Source: Minutocellus sp. GHC0000111 (Eukaryota). From it: a stretch of DNA of 64,000 nt. The notes beneath the pieces are model-generated. The model worked only from the letters and a program-made list of their open reading frames with translations, made no database searches and was not told the DNA's origin. The DNA lies in NCBI GenBank assembly GCA_977018835.1, contig OZ361261.1, positions 1,798,001-1,862,000 on the forward strand. The letters are read 5' to 3'. Below are positions 11,097 through 23,200 of this stretch, piece after piece. A program made the position numbers and the translations under genes. Numbering within the stretch: position 1 is the first letter of the stretch; each line of letters starts with the position of its first letter.

Positions 11097-11188
11097 AAAA
11101 GCGCTTCGTCATCGATGAAAGCGATGAAAAGTGTTATACCAGTAGTATTCTTTTCCTCGCTTCATTCATCAAGTCATTCAACGCCCTC
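11097..11188 (-). promoter_or_regulatory. SECIS element in the 3' UTR of the selenoprotein
   Basis: Minus-strand RNA folds by eye into helix I GAGGGCGUU/AGCGCUUUU, A-UGAC...UGAC non-Watson-Crick quartet, helix II UUGAUGAA/UUCAUCGA, unpaired AAG ~10 nt above the core, and an apical stem GAAAAG/CUUUUC. Confidence 0.75.
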
Positions 11189-11228
11189 AGAGTAGGTACA
11201 TATCGCACATTCTATTGCATTCAAAAAT

Positions 11229-11780
11229 TTACTGCAGATAATCGGGAACGTCAATATCCAAATCTTCCAATGCCTCGATCATTTCTCTCTTGACGCCGGC
11301 TTTGGCTCTTCGGCTGGTAATCTGCCGAGTTCCGCCTACCACTTGTTTGCCCTCCGAATCAATGATTCGGAGGTACCCCCATCAGGAATTCTCTAGGCCG
11401 GTCGCCCACTTTTTCATTGCCTTATTTCGTTTGGGGTTGGATCGATCCCATGTGTTGAAGGCGCAGGGCACAAATAGTTCCTCAGCGGCTCGCTTGATGG
11501 CTGGATCGGTAAAGATTGCGCCGGCATCCTTACATCCCTGTCAGCCACTCCATTCGACAAAGTTGGCAAATATTGGCTTGCCAGTCTGAGCCGCAATGTC
11601 GATGGCAATCTGATAATCACCATGACGAGCATCCGACGTGAGATTGACGTATTGGATGGTGCCAAGCTCGACGTAGGAGTGGGATGGCATTGTAGGAATG
11701 GAGGAAAGCACGTCGTCGTTGTCGTTGGCAGCAGGCTGCACTGTTGCTGTGTTTCTCTTGCTTTTGAATATGTTTCGCAT
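11229..11780 (-). CDS. Thioredoxin-fold selenoprotein (resembles the bacterial VPGUxxT-type Trx-like family) with two UGA codons
   Basis: Read-through gives MPSHSYVELGTIQY...GKPIFANFVEWSG-U-QGC...ELFVPCAFNTW...ENS-U-WGYLRIID...VPDYLQ-TAA; TGAs at 11541-11543 and 11382-11384; alternative start 11690; SECIS downstream. Confidence 0.85.
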
Positions 11781-11960
11781 TGTTCTATTATTATCTTGAG
11801 AGAGGAAATGGAGGGTATGCGAATCAAGATATGAACTCGTCGCCTGCAATGTCACGCAAGATGTTGCTTGGTGAAAGTTTGAATGATTGACGGAAAAGTG
11901 CTTGAGCTGGGAGGCTTTTTCCACGTTGATAAGTCGACTCACTCGATTGTTCGAAGAATC

Positions 11961-12058
11961 TGTCACAAGTCGGCCGGCCAAAAGAGGGCCGGTTGGCGCG
12001 CAAATTGTCACAAGTCGGCCGGCCAAAAGAGGGCCGGTTGGCGCGCAAATTTGTGACA
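11961..12058. repeat. 45-bp perfect tandem duplication bounded by inverted TGTCACAA/TTGTGACA
   Basis: Units 11961-12005 and 12006-12050 are identical and followed by TTGTGACA. Confidence 0.9.
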
Positions 12059-12535
12059 TTCGTCGTCCTCGATCAATGGCAATAATTCATCCCACCAAGG
12101 CGCAGCGCACCTCGACCAGAGCATTTAGATTACAATCAAAGAAAGTGCATGTGAGTAGAGATCTCTCGAACCATTCAAAATTTGATTTGCGAGGGGCAAG
12201 AGTCAATAAGTCAGGTCAACCTGAACTCGGCACGAACGAACTAATCTCTGAAAGGGAAGTGGCGCCAAAGCCAGACATTCAAAAGAAAAAGTAGATGAGC
12301 ACTTGTGACATACCCAAAGTAGACGACAGAAGTAACAAACCAGCGAGTTCTGATTCCTCGATCGACCAACTACGAAGCAGCATGAGAAACGTATCCATTC
12401 AGCTTCCGGCTGATCACAGCCCAACGGCCCACAGTAGTCGCAAACAGATGCAGCAAGACGGACAGTGGAGTAGCAGCCGCGAACAGCAAAACAGCAGGAG
12501 GAGCTCTCTCCAAAATCCCCGACTTGCTCGACACC

Positions 12536-13003
12536 ATGTCGGGAGACTCGGAGGATTACTGCCCATCCCTAACCTCCGTCTCCATGGCATCGCACACCAC
12601 GCACAACACCGTCTTTTCCGGTCGATCCGGTGTGACCATGTCGAGCCTCCGCAGTGACCACTCTGGTTCCCTCATGGACGACACCTTTGACGATCTGTCC
12701 GACGGTGACGAATCTGATGCCGAGGTGGAATGCCGCCGACGTGCGGCCGATTGGCGACACAATAGTTTGATGGCGGCCGTTGCCGCTTCGCCGGCTGTTG
12801 GTAGATTACAAAGAGCAGACGGTGGTAGTGAGAAGGGTCGTATGCTGGTGCGAAGTGATACCATGGAAGTTGTGGAGAAGAGTCACGGTACACAGGCATT
12901 GACGGCTGGATGTCACGTACCAGAAGAGACGGACTTTGCCAACCAATATCTCAGCACATTGTTTTGTGGCTTGGGTGAAGTCATGGGCTGTGGTGGAAGG
13001 TGA
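12536..13003 (+). CDS. Small hypothetical Ser/Asp-rich protein
   Basis: ATG-initiated 155-codon ORF with coding-like composition; no family recognised. Confidence 0.35.
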   Translation: MSGDSEDYCPSLTSVSMASHTTHNTVFSGRSGVTMSSLRSDHSGSLMDDTFDDLSDGDESDAEVECRRRAADWRHNSLMAAVAASPAVGRLQRADGGSEKGRMLVRSDTMEVVEKSHGTQALTAGCHVPEETDFANQYLSTLFCGLGEVMGCGGR

Positions 13004-13426
13004 ATGGGAGAATATTTATTGGTGAATGAATACTGTACCTGTAGAAAAGTTTGGTGCCTGGATCTCTCGATTGAAAGAGTAACAGATGTAGAAGAGAGTG
13101 AAGTATTGATAACAACAAAAGGGGAAGGGTACGCTTTTCCTCCCCTTTCCTCCAATAGATGTGTCAAATTAATAACACGCATAACGTACGTCAAAATACA
13201 CAAAAAAAGCATATCATTAGCATGGTATCGCCTGTGATATCTTATCTCAAAATGCATACAGTGTACTAGTTGTCACTTATATTGCCATATCGATATCAAT
13301 AACATTAACATACTAGCTAGGCTAGGCCAAAACTTGTTCAATGACAACGAAATGAAATGCCGCTAGCCTAAAAGCCTATACCAATCCCAGCAAATGTAGC
13401 TAGTAGCTACTATTGTAGCTACGTAG

Positions 13427-13880
13427 CTAAGGGAGAGTAGAAAGGAGTGCGATCGAACACAGAAGCAACCCAGCATGAGGGACAATGTGGTTTGGTAGGA
13501 CGTTGGGTGCATTGAGAATTTCTCCACGCTGGGGTCCTACGTAGCAGATTCCTGCATTAATGGCACAAACAGCAGGAAAGGCAAGGTGCTTGTCGGCAAT
13601 ATGGATGAGGTACAGCTGGCCGAAGCCTTGGAAGCCGAACATGACCATGAACAGCTCTCCAAAGTTATCCTTTGGGGGCTTGGAGAAATTATCCTTGAAA
13701 AACATCGTGGGGAGGAAGGTGAATAGAGCAAAGAAGCCCGCGTCAACAATCATCGTGAAGGCAATTGCCCTTTCGACTGTCACAAAGCTTTCCTTTGGCG
13801 TCACGAATGCACCGATGACGCCGAGAAGGGATCATGCGAGACTTTGCGTCAGGTGGAAGGGGGGAAGCTTTGATCGCCAT
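13427..13880 (-). CDS. Small membrane protein with a 1-nt frameshift near 13830
   Basis: MAIKASPLPPDAKSRMI joins LLGVIGAFVTPKESF... if one C is removed from ATCCCTT; hydrophobic helices follow. Confidence 0.55.
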
Positions 13881-14263
13881 TATTTTTTGCTTCGTTGGTA
13901 GGCGGATAAGCAGTATTTGCCAGGCACGTAGGAGCGTTTGGTATCTTTCAATCTTTCTCGACATCTTTCCCGCGATCGCACAAGCACCTGCGACGTTGAA
14001 AAAGTACATTCACCAACTCCTACATAAGCCCCGCAGGCCCCTCTGTTCCCGTCACCTCTCTGTTCCCACCAAGCTGAAATTTGCCCCCCCACCGTCGTCG
14101 AAGATGATCCACCGAGCAAGAAGGCACACAACACATCCCTGCCTCTTCAATGCCGAAGTCATTTTTGATTTGCAAAATACTTTGAACTCGCTTCATTTTT
14201 CTCTCATCACCTACCTCATTATTCTCGAATTCTTCAACAAAAAAGCACATCTCGAGAAAGACA

Positions 14264-17200
14264 ATGAAGTTGAATCTACATCTGCTCGTCCTTTCCGCCC
14301 AACTCGCCTTGGCCACTGCATACCCATCCTACTCTTCTGATGATGACAAAGCCGGCACCGCTGGCGGCGGCCTCAGAAAGGCCCCATGTCCTTACTCTAC
14401 TGGATTCGCGGCCGAGCTCTCGGATGAGCTGGCTGAATCACGTCGCCGACAGCGCCGTCTGGGTGCAGAAGAAGATGATCATTCTTCTCAACCTTTCAAC
14501 AGAAATGACCCTCGATCCCTCCAAGATGGTCTGCTCAATGAAGGCAAGGGTTGCTGGGGCTTCTGCGACTCCAACACTGGCAACTGTGCCTACTGCGGCA
14601 CCGGGCAGTGCTGTCGCTCTACCGACTATCAGAACGGCGTCCCGGGTTGTGAGCTGGCATATCAAATCGTGAGTGGTTCCAGATGCGGTGCGTGGGCCGG
14701 TGACCCGCCCATCGGGCTGAGGAATGAAGGCCTGGCTTGCTCCGGCAAATGCCCCGATGGATTTGGCGCACACTGTGCCTTCTGCGGTTGGTGGGACGGC
14801 ATCCCCAACGGCAGTGGACAGTGTTGTCGCGTCGTTGATGGGGAGCGAGGTGTGCCGGGATGTGAGCTCGCTGCTTGGGGTTTACCCGATCCAGATGGTC
14901 CGTCTTCTCAGTGCGGCGCATACAAGGATATTAATGAAAGTAATGACGAGCCTTCACCTCCGAGCCCACCCTCGTCAAATCCGCCCGCACCAAGTCCTGT
15001 AGTTGATACAAACAGCGATCTGATGAACGAAGGCTTCCTCTGTGAGGCTACCTGTGGGTTTTCAGGAGACCAATGGGGGCAGGATCGCTCCTGTCCTCAA
15101 TATTGCGGCGCATTAGGACTATGTTGCAGCGCCTTTGACTGGAGACGTGGTGCAGCCGGGTGCGAATGGGCCGAGAATGTGACAGGAGCAGCAATCTGTG
15201 GTATGTTGAACGATGGTGAATCGTCTTGGCAAGAACCAGATGATTTCCGGCCTGGAATGCCAAGAGGAGTTTATACAACACCCCTTGATGTATCGGTGAA
15301 TTTCGAAAGCGTGGCAGAAGGGCGCTGGATCAAAGACACTATGGTCGACGGAAGCAATGTAGGGGATCATCATGTGCCACAGTATTCCGGTGAGGGAGGT
15401 CAGCCTTGGAGCCTCTTCGAGATGGCTGTCGTCCGTGATATCCTCACTTTCGAAATGCGGCAAGCCACAGGTGAGTATATAGCTACATATTACGAGCGAT
15501 GCCGCATGCATACCATGATATAACTCTTTCAATGCATACTGAAACATTGCTTTCTAACTTACTCTGCGCCTTCTTCCGTTACCATTTTTTGTAAACAAAT
15601 CTACACAAACACAGCCGGACTCGACGAGATCAGCTCCGCCAAGTTCATCCGTCTACCCTTCCATGACTGTTTGCATTACCAGGGCGACGATACTGGCAGT
15701 TGTGATGGGTGCGTTAATTGGGAGAATGTTGGATTCCGTCACGATGGTCGAGTCGAAGAGCGAAACTACGAAGATTTCGAGCGTCCCCGCCCTAGCTCGA
15801 GCAACAATGGACTTGGGGACGCTATCGAGTTTCTGGAGTATATATTCACTCTTGATTTGGGAAAGACGTGGGCATCGGGCTGCTACATCAAGCCTGGTGC
15901 TGTGGTTGGTCAGGATGTCCATCTTGCCAACACAAGATATGAGCCAATTACAGTGAGCAGCATCGAAGAGTGCCGTGATCATTGTTGGAATACCACTGAT
16001 TGCAGGTACTTTACCGTTCCACATATGAGAACCCTCAACTCCAGAGGACCCTGCCGTTTTTTCAATAGTACTGGTACCATGCGCCAAACCAGTGGATCTG
16101 GACGCTTGGTTGCTGCCGATGCACACTGCGAGGCTGAAAGCTGGTCACTACAGAGCCGAGGAAAGTCGCGTGCTGACCTGTGGGCTTTTGCGAGTCTTGT
16201 TGCCATCGAAGAAGGTATTCAGCGGCACAATTGGGCATGTAGTGGTGACCGTCGGTCGCCTCACAATGGCCCAATCATGTGCACTCAGTTTGAGGGCGAA
16301 GATCAATGCAGAATCGAGCTTCCCCGCCCATTTGTTTTTAAGACAGGCCGAAAGGACTGCGATGGGGATTCCTACAATACCGAGAAGAAAGAGAATGCCC
16401 CCGATGAACACTTCAATGGCACCATGACGGTACGATTCATGGAAGACAACTTTGGTTTTAGCGGTAAAGAGACTGTGACCATCATGGGAGCCCATACAGT
16501 GGGAAGATTCCATCAACGACAGACAGGCCACAATTATGTTTGGACTACCGATTATCAAGCTTTCAACAATCAGTACTATCGGAATATTGCAGGCAAGCCC
16601 GATTGGTTCTTCGATGATGCTGAGTGCACAAGAGTTGGTGATGCTTGGGGGAATAAGGGACATGCTGTATGGATTGCGAAGATGAACCAAGTCTACCGAA
16701 CAGGTGGCCCAATCCAATGGATCCAGAAAAAGGTGAGTGATAGAAAATACACCATGGCTATGTATTATCTACTTTCCTCTCATTTCTCTGGCCCTACTTA
16801 CATGTAGTCTATACTGACCCTTCTACGCTTTGTAACTTTCTTTCGCTCACAACTACTGCAGGTCGTTTGTCCAAATTGCGCTGATCAAAGCTATGAGCGT
16901 GGCGGGCGCAATCCCCAGCGCGTTGCCCAAGACAGAGACTGTTGCCTGAACAATGTTCCTGAGGGAGCCCAGTGCCGGCCCGACGGTATGGGCCTACCTG
17001 GATCAAGGGCCTTTGATCGCGACGATGACTTCTCGGATGGCTGTGAGTATAGCCATTTCATCTTCGGAAGAGACGAGGCCGCCATGGGCAGCGACATGGG
17101 ACTGAGGTATAAATTCGATGTCGATATCCGCGCTTTTCCATATGGCTGCCCGGGTCTCCAAACCTTCTACCCTTCTGGCTTCCGATTTTCCGACGAGACT

Positions 17201-17572
17201 TGTGGCATCGATGGGCGTCCTCGGTTCGTTGACCCTACACTTGCTTGGGATGATCCGAACGCAGAACGTGTCACCAAGAATGACTGGACGGACGACGCCT
17301 GCCCGGCAGATTGTTCTAGGCAGGACTATCTTTATCCGGGCGATAGCCGTACTCTTGCAGACTGGGTCGATCTTTATGCCGACGACCAGGCAGCTTGGAT
17401 TCGCGAGTTTGTCCCGGTCATGGAGAAGATGATCAACAATGGATATTCAGATGATGATCTGGTGACCTCATATGATGGTGGGTGCGCTCCCGATACTGGA
17501 ACAGGTGCATTATGTTTGTCTGACGCCGAGTGTTGCTCCGGTGTTTGCCACGGAGATGGACGATGCTTGTAA
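14264..17572 (+). CDS. Secreted heme peroxidase (non-animal superfamily) with N-terminal Cys-rich repeats; exons 14264-15470, 15615-16732, 16862-17572
   Basis: Signal peptide; distal FIRLPFHDC, SRADLW, GRKDC and proximal IMGAHTVG; both GT-AG introns restore the frame. Confidence 0.85.
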
Positions 17573-17683
17573 ACCACGTGCATGAAAAGTATGTTTTAGA
17601 GTAAGAAAGAACAAACGCGCAGTCGCAATTCCGCGCTCAGTAAAAAATTTAGAGGTTTATAAACAACAATTCAATTTTATCTA

Positions 17684-19603
17684 TTAAAGCATGAGCAACT
17701 CAGGCTTGGCCAGATACTTGTTCAGTGACGAGAGGAACAACGCAGCGGTCGCCTCATCGACAACTCTTCGATCGGCACTGAGTCGAGCCGTCATGAGCGT
17801 CTTGACGGTCGGCCGTCTCTTGGCATCGGAGGCATTCTTCTCCTCATCATCGATCCATTTACCCGGAACCACCGTCTTGACACCACCGCCGACGGCCAGG
17901 ATGGCCGCCTGGGGTGGGTTGATGACGGCCGAAAACTCGGTAATGCCAAACATGCCCAGGTTGGAGATGCAGAAGGTACCGCCCTGATATTCCTCCGGGG
18001 CGAGCTTGCCGTCGCGGGCACGGGTGGCCAAATCCTTGACCGATGCCGATATCTCCGACAGGCCCAGCGTGGACGTTTGCGGGACGATGGGGGTAATAAG
18101 TCCAGTGGGGGTGGCAACGGCGACGGAAATGTCAACGGTGTCATGTGTGCTGACCGTGTTGGTCTTGGGATTGTACGTGGCATTGACCTCGGGGACGTCG
18201 CGAAGGGCCAGCGCGGCACTTCGGATGACCAGGTCGTTGACGCTGACCTTGACGTCGTGGTTGTTGGCCAGCTGCTTGCGCAGAGCGAGCGCGGCATCGA
18301 GCTCAATCTGGACGGTGGTGTAGAAATGAGGAACTTGCGATTTAGACTCCGTGAGGCGCTTGGCAATGACCTTGCGCATGTTGTTGTTCGGCACGTCCTC
18401 GTAGGTGGAATCGGTAGTGATGGGTGGAATGGTCACATCGATCGGAGTGGGGGCAGCGGCAGCTTGGGCCGCTGGAGCTGCATCGGCAGCCTTGGCGGCC
18501 AGAGGAGGCATGTACACACCATCCTTGAGGGCTTTGAGGACGTCCCCCTTGGTCACGCGTCCACCCTTGCCGGTACCCTCCAAGACGGTGGCATCGACAC
18601 CGGCCGATTGGGAGATGGATCTAGCCGAGGGCATGAGAGCAAATTCCGGTGGAACGTCCCGAGCGGGGGCTGCAGTGGCAGTGGTTGCCGGGGTAGCAGC
18701 AGCGGCTGGGGCAGGAGCCTCCTCCGCGGCATCACCACCAGCAGGGGCAGCAGCCGCCGCCGCAGCCTCTGGCGCAACAAAGTCCTTAAAGGCGGCAATG
18801 TCCTCCTCCTCTTCGACCGTGACCATGACGGGCGTGCCCACCGGTATCTCTCCGCTTCCGGCCTCGACCAGAATCTTGGCCACATATCCATCGTCCTGAG
18901 CCTCAAAGGCTGCATAGGCGCAATTCCCAAGTCAAGATAGCAAAAGTTCCAGGACAAAATATGTCGCATTATATGTTTGTGGTTTGAGGCACGATGAGAC
19001 GGCTGGAGTTAGAAATGGAATGGTATGATCTGGATAAATAATCAAAAACAATAATCATAAGCTGCGCTTGAAAGTGACAATCACACACACGCATGCATGT
19101 TGCATATGCGTGCATCCTTCCACTCTCAGGCAATTTAATTTTCCCACTTATGGAACGCAACGACACGTACCAATGGTGGCCTTGTCGGTTTCGATCTCGG
19201 CGACGGAATCGCCGGCCGCAAAGGCCTCGCCCTCCTTGACGTTCCACTCGGCGATGGTGCCGGCCTCCATGGTCGGAGAGAGGGCGGGCATGCCCACCAC
19301 CAGATGATACGGCAGATCATCGGACGAAATGTGCCGAATTTGCTGCTGCGTCCGAGTGCTGGGGTTGGGGGTAGATTCGACCGACAGAGAAGACGAGGCG
19401 ACGAGGTTTCTGCCCGACAGGGACGAGTAGGTGGCTGCAGAAGAGGTTGCAATGCTAGGCAGCTGCTGCCTTGCCGTCCTAATTGCCGCCGCGGAAGGAG
19501 CCGAACTACTCATCGAAACTGCCGATGCGGCCGCCGATGTGGACCGTATTCTGCGGGCGGCGTGGAGGGCGGCCCTCCGGCCGACGCCGAGCGTGTGGGA
19601 CAT
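17684..19603 (-). CDS. DLAT: Mitochondrial pyruvate dehydrogenase E2 (dihydrolipoamide acetyltransferase); intron 18910-19170
   Basis: MPALSPTM...ETDKA lipoyl domain, [14 protein letters not shown]3-binding domain, catalytic domain [13 protein letters not shown]. Confidence 0.93.
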
Positions 19604-20203
19604 GGTTCTATAGCTCCAACGGTATCTAAAATCGGACAAGGAAGATGAAAGCAGTCAGGGATCAGAGGAAGCAAAGGTTGCCGCTCTTCTTCTGACTTCT
19701 TCCGTTCCGTTCTTCCCCATTGTGGCCAAGCTTCTCTTGAGATGGCGACGCGACGGCATAAAATGCCGAAGAATAAAATGACGTCATCTCGGAAAGCGGC
19801 GTTGAGCGCCAAAAATGAAGTCGAAGACGAGGACGGAGCGGAGAGGGACGGATCGAGCGGCCGGCCGAGCATCACAGTCGCCGCTACTCACAGTGCACCG
19901 CTGCTACGTAGCTACGCCGGTGCCTTTTCGTGCTGCAAGCAGGAAGATACCAATCTATTGGTCGTTGCCGCGACTAATTCCCGGTCCTGAGATTCGAGCA
20001 CGTAACATAGCTGACGCTGCAAAAGGTCATCGGATTTGCCTTGCCTTGCCTTGCCTTGTGCCTTGTGCCGCGTGCCGTTCGTTCCATCGGCTTCCATCTT
20101 TCCTCGGTTGCATTTGGCGAATCTTGGTTGCAGTGCGCCCTTCTTGGCATCGGATAGTTGAAGGTGACTTTGTGCACGGGGCATTCCCTAGTTTCGAAGC
20201 ATC

Positions 20204-23200
20204 ATGTCGCAGCCGCCGCCGGCGTTTGCCCAGCAGCAGCCCGGCGCCGGTGCCGCTTATGCCCAGCAGCAGATGCCGGCACAACAGGCGCAGCAGGTGC
20301 CGTATCAGACTCAGCAGCACGCTCAACAGCAGCAGGCACCGGCGTTCGCACAGCAGCAGCAGCACCAGGAGAATGGCGCTCCCGCCCCCGCCGCTGCGCA
20401 GCCGGCTCCGCAAACTGCCCCAGCTGCCGCTCCGCAACCAGCACCTGCACCCGCCGCAGCTTCGGCCGGTCGGACCCTCTCGGCCTATGACCTGTTTTTG
20501 GATCTGCCCCACCCGGCCGCCTCCGAGAAATGTCCGCCCAAGGTGGTGATAAGTCCACCCACATCCAGCTCTGACGGCACTGGCGGAGAGGACGACGCGG
20601 CCAACCAAAAGATTGCCGAGGAGTTGAGCGGGGACAACACCCTCGCGAGAATTGCTCGGTTTGCGTTTCCGGAATTTGACGACCAGGCTCACGGTGCGTT
20701 GCAATTGCTGTGAATTGCATTGCTTTGCATTGGTGGTTCTTGTCGCAACGCACATATCGCTCCCCTTTTGTTGATGTCCAGTTTGCGCGTATGTGTGTGA
20801 TCGGGCGGAATTCTCGCCATGCCGATGATTGTCGTTGACCCCTCCCAACGTTCATCGGCAATTGGCATTGCATTATTCTATACTGCCACTACGTGCGCAT
20901 CAATCTCATCTTTTATTTGCTTTATCATTTCGTCCCCTTACCATGCATGCATACCACACGCAGCCACGGAAATGGCCCAAAAGCCGCAGATGCCCCCCAA
21001 CTCCGGCTCCGAACTGAACCGTCACGATCTGTACCTGCTCACCCCGGGATCGCCGGCCTCGTGCCATCACACCTTTGCCATGCAGCTCAGCACCGGCGCT
21101 CGTGTGTACGGTCATGTTCGTCGATATTTGCCCCCCAACCCCAATGCCAGGGCCCGATACGACGTCGGACGGCGTGGCATCCGGGCCAGCGTGGTACTTA
21201 CCCGCGGCAGCGGTGGAGAACGGTTCTACGCCGCCCTCCTCAAGACCACGGAAGCCATTGGCACTCAGGAGATGGCCCTGGCCGACCGACCCGCGTTGCA
21301 GCCCCGGTCCGACCCGCAGCAAACCTTTCTGCACGGAGTGTACCACAACCACCGGGCCCTGTGCGCCAAGTATGCCGCCGCGGGCGACGAGATGGCCAAC
21401 AAGCCCAACGTGATTACCATGAGCGCGTTGGAATTTGGCAACAGACCGTACAGCATTCCCGTCGATACGTTCAAGCTGCTGGTGCCGACGGCATTGCTCC
21501 ATGCGCATTCTGAAATTGATGCGCTGTCGACGACGTCCTCGCAGTTGTTGCTGAGGTGCGTCGGTGTGTCCAACGCCCTTCGGCTGCTTTCGGCGCTGCT
21601 TTGCGAGCGTCGCGTCGTGCTGACTTCGCGGAGTCCCGCCCGTCTCACCGGTTGTGCCCTCGGAGCATTGTCGATGTTGGCCCAGGGAGTGCTGGCGTGG
21701 CAGCACGTGTACGTGCCCATGCTGCCCCCGGGGATGATGACGTACCTCGCCGCGCCGATGCCCTACCTGGTCGGCGTGCTGGCGTCGCACGCACCGGCCA
21801 TCAGCCGCATCCCTGGTCTGGGCGAGGTGCTGGTGTTCAACCTCGACACGAACGAGATGGAGTGCATCAATGTGAGCAATCCGACATCGTTCATTCCGGA
21901 TCTGCTCCGGCCGGCCATTCAGCCGGATTATGGACAGCCGTATGTGAGCTTGGCGGAAATCCTCGGTCAGGACCTGGCCGAATGCATCAAGGCCGACAAG
22001 GGGAGCGGATACGGACCAACCAACGTGCAGGATAAGGTGGGTGCCGCCGCTTCGATTGCCGCCGGTAAAGCCAACAATTTGTTCAAGGGTGCGATGAAAC
22101 GGATCAAGAAGCAATCGTCCAAGATCACGGATTCGCAGCGGAGCTTTCCCGCCAGCGACACCATGTCGCAGCGTTCCAACATGAGCAGTATGGGCGATGT
22201 GGTGGAGCAGGCCATGGAACAGAATGGCGTTGGCGGCGGATCGTCGAGGGAGGCTTCCGTGCACGGCAGTGGCGGAGTTGATGCCAATGGCCAACAGCAG
22301 GAAGGCGCTGGCGCTGGCGCTGGTCCAGCTGTCCCCCCCGAAACCAACTACACCTTTGGCGAGGGGTATGAGAACGAGGCATCTGAGGAGGAGGCCCGCA
22401 TTGCCTTCACGTCCTTCTTCCTTTGCATCTTGGGTGATATGCGCTGGTACTTGACGCAGCCGGGACCGGGACAGCCACCTGTGCTTGATAAGGACAAATT
22501 CGTTGCTGAACGACGCAGGGCTGGTGACGCCGAGGGAACTCCCATGTATCCGCTCCTGTCAACTTTTGTTCAAACACAAATCTTTGAGCAGTTTGCCAAC
22601 GCCCGCGTGGAGGAGGTTCGAGCGCGCCAGCCTGTGAAGAAGGATGCTCCTCTGTTCCTATTGGCTTCCAATTATCACCGAGTTCAGAGGATGGACTTTA
22701 GTCATTTGAATGTTCGACGAGTAGTCCGTCAAGTGGCCCAGACAGAGAACCCTAGCCAGTATCTAATTGATTGGGACGTGGCAATCCGGCGTAAAGCCAT
22801 GGCACTCACATCCAACAGTCGCAACGAACCGGCGGTCCCTCAAGCGCTGGCGGAAATTTGTGCAGAGTGCAACGAGTGCAGCGAGTGCGGCTACATCTTG
22901 GTGGATGTCATGGCTGTTATTTGGGAACGTATCCGCGATAGCCGAGCGACGCAGTGGAAGCACGGCCTTTTTGCCCTGCAGTTGCTTCGTGAGCTGCTAC
23001 TCCACGGCCCTCTCACCGTGGTGACCGAAGCTGAGGATGGCATCGACAAGATTCGAGACCTTAAATCGTATGATTTTGCTCTTCGGGCACAGAATTCGGT
23101 ACAGATTCGACAGATGGCTAGTCATGTCTATGACATGATTGTTGACCGGGCCAAACTCTTTACACAGAGACGGGCAGCGGCTAACTCGCGTCGGCGAGGT

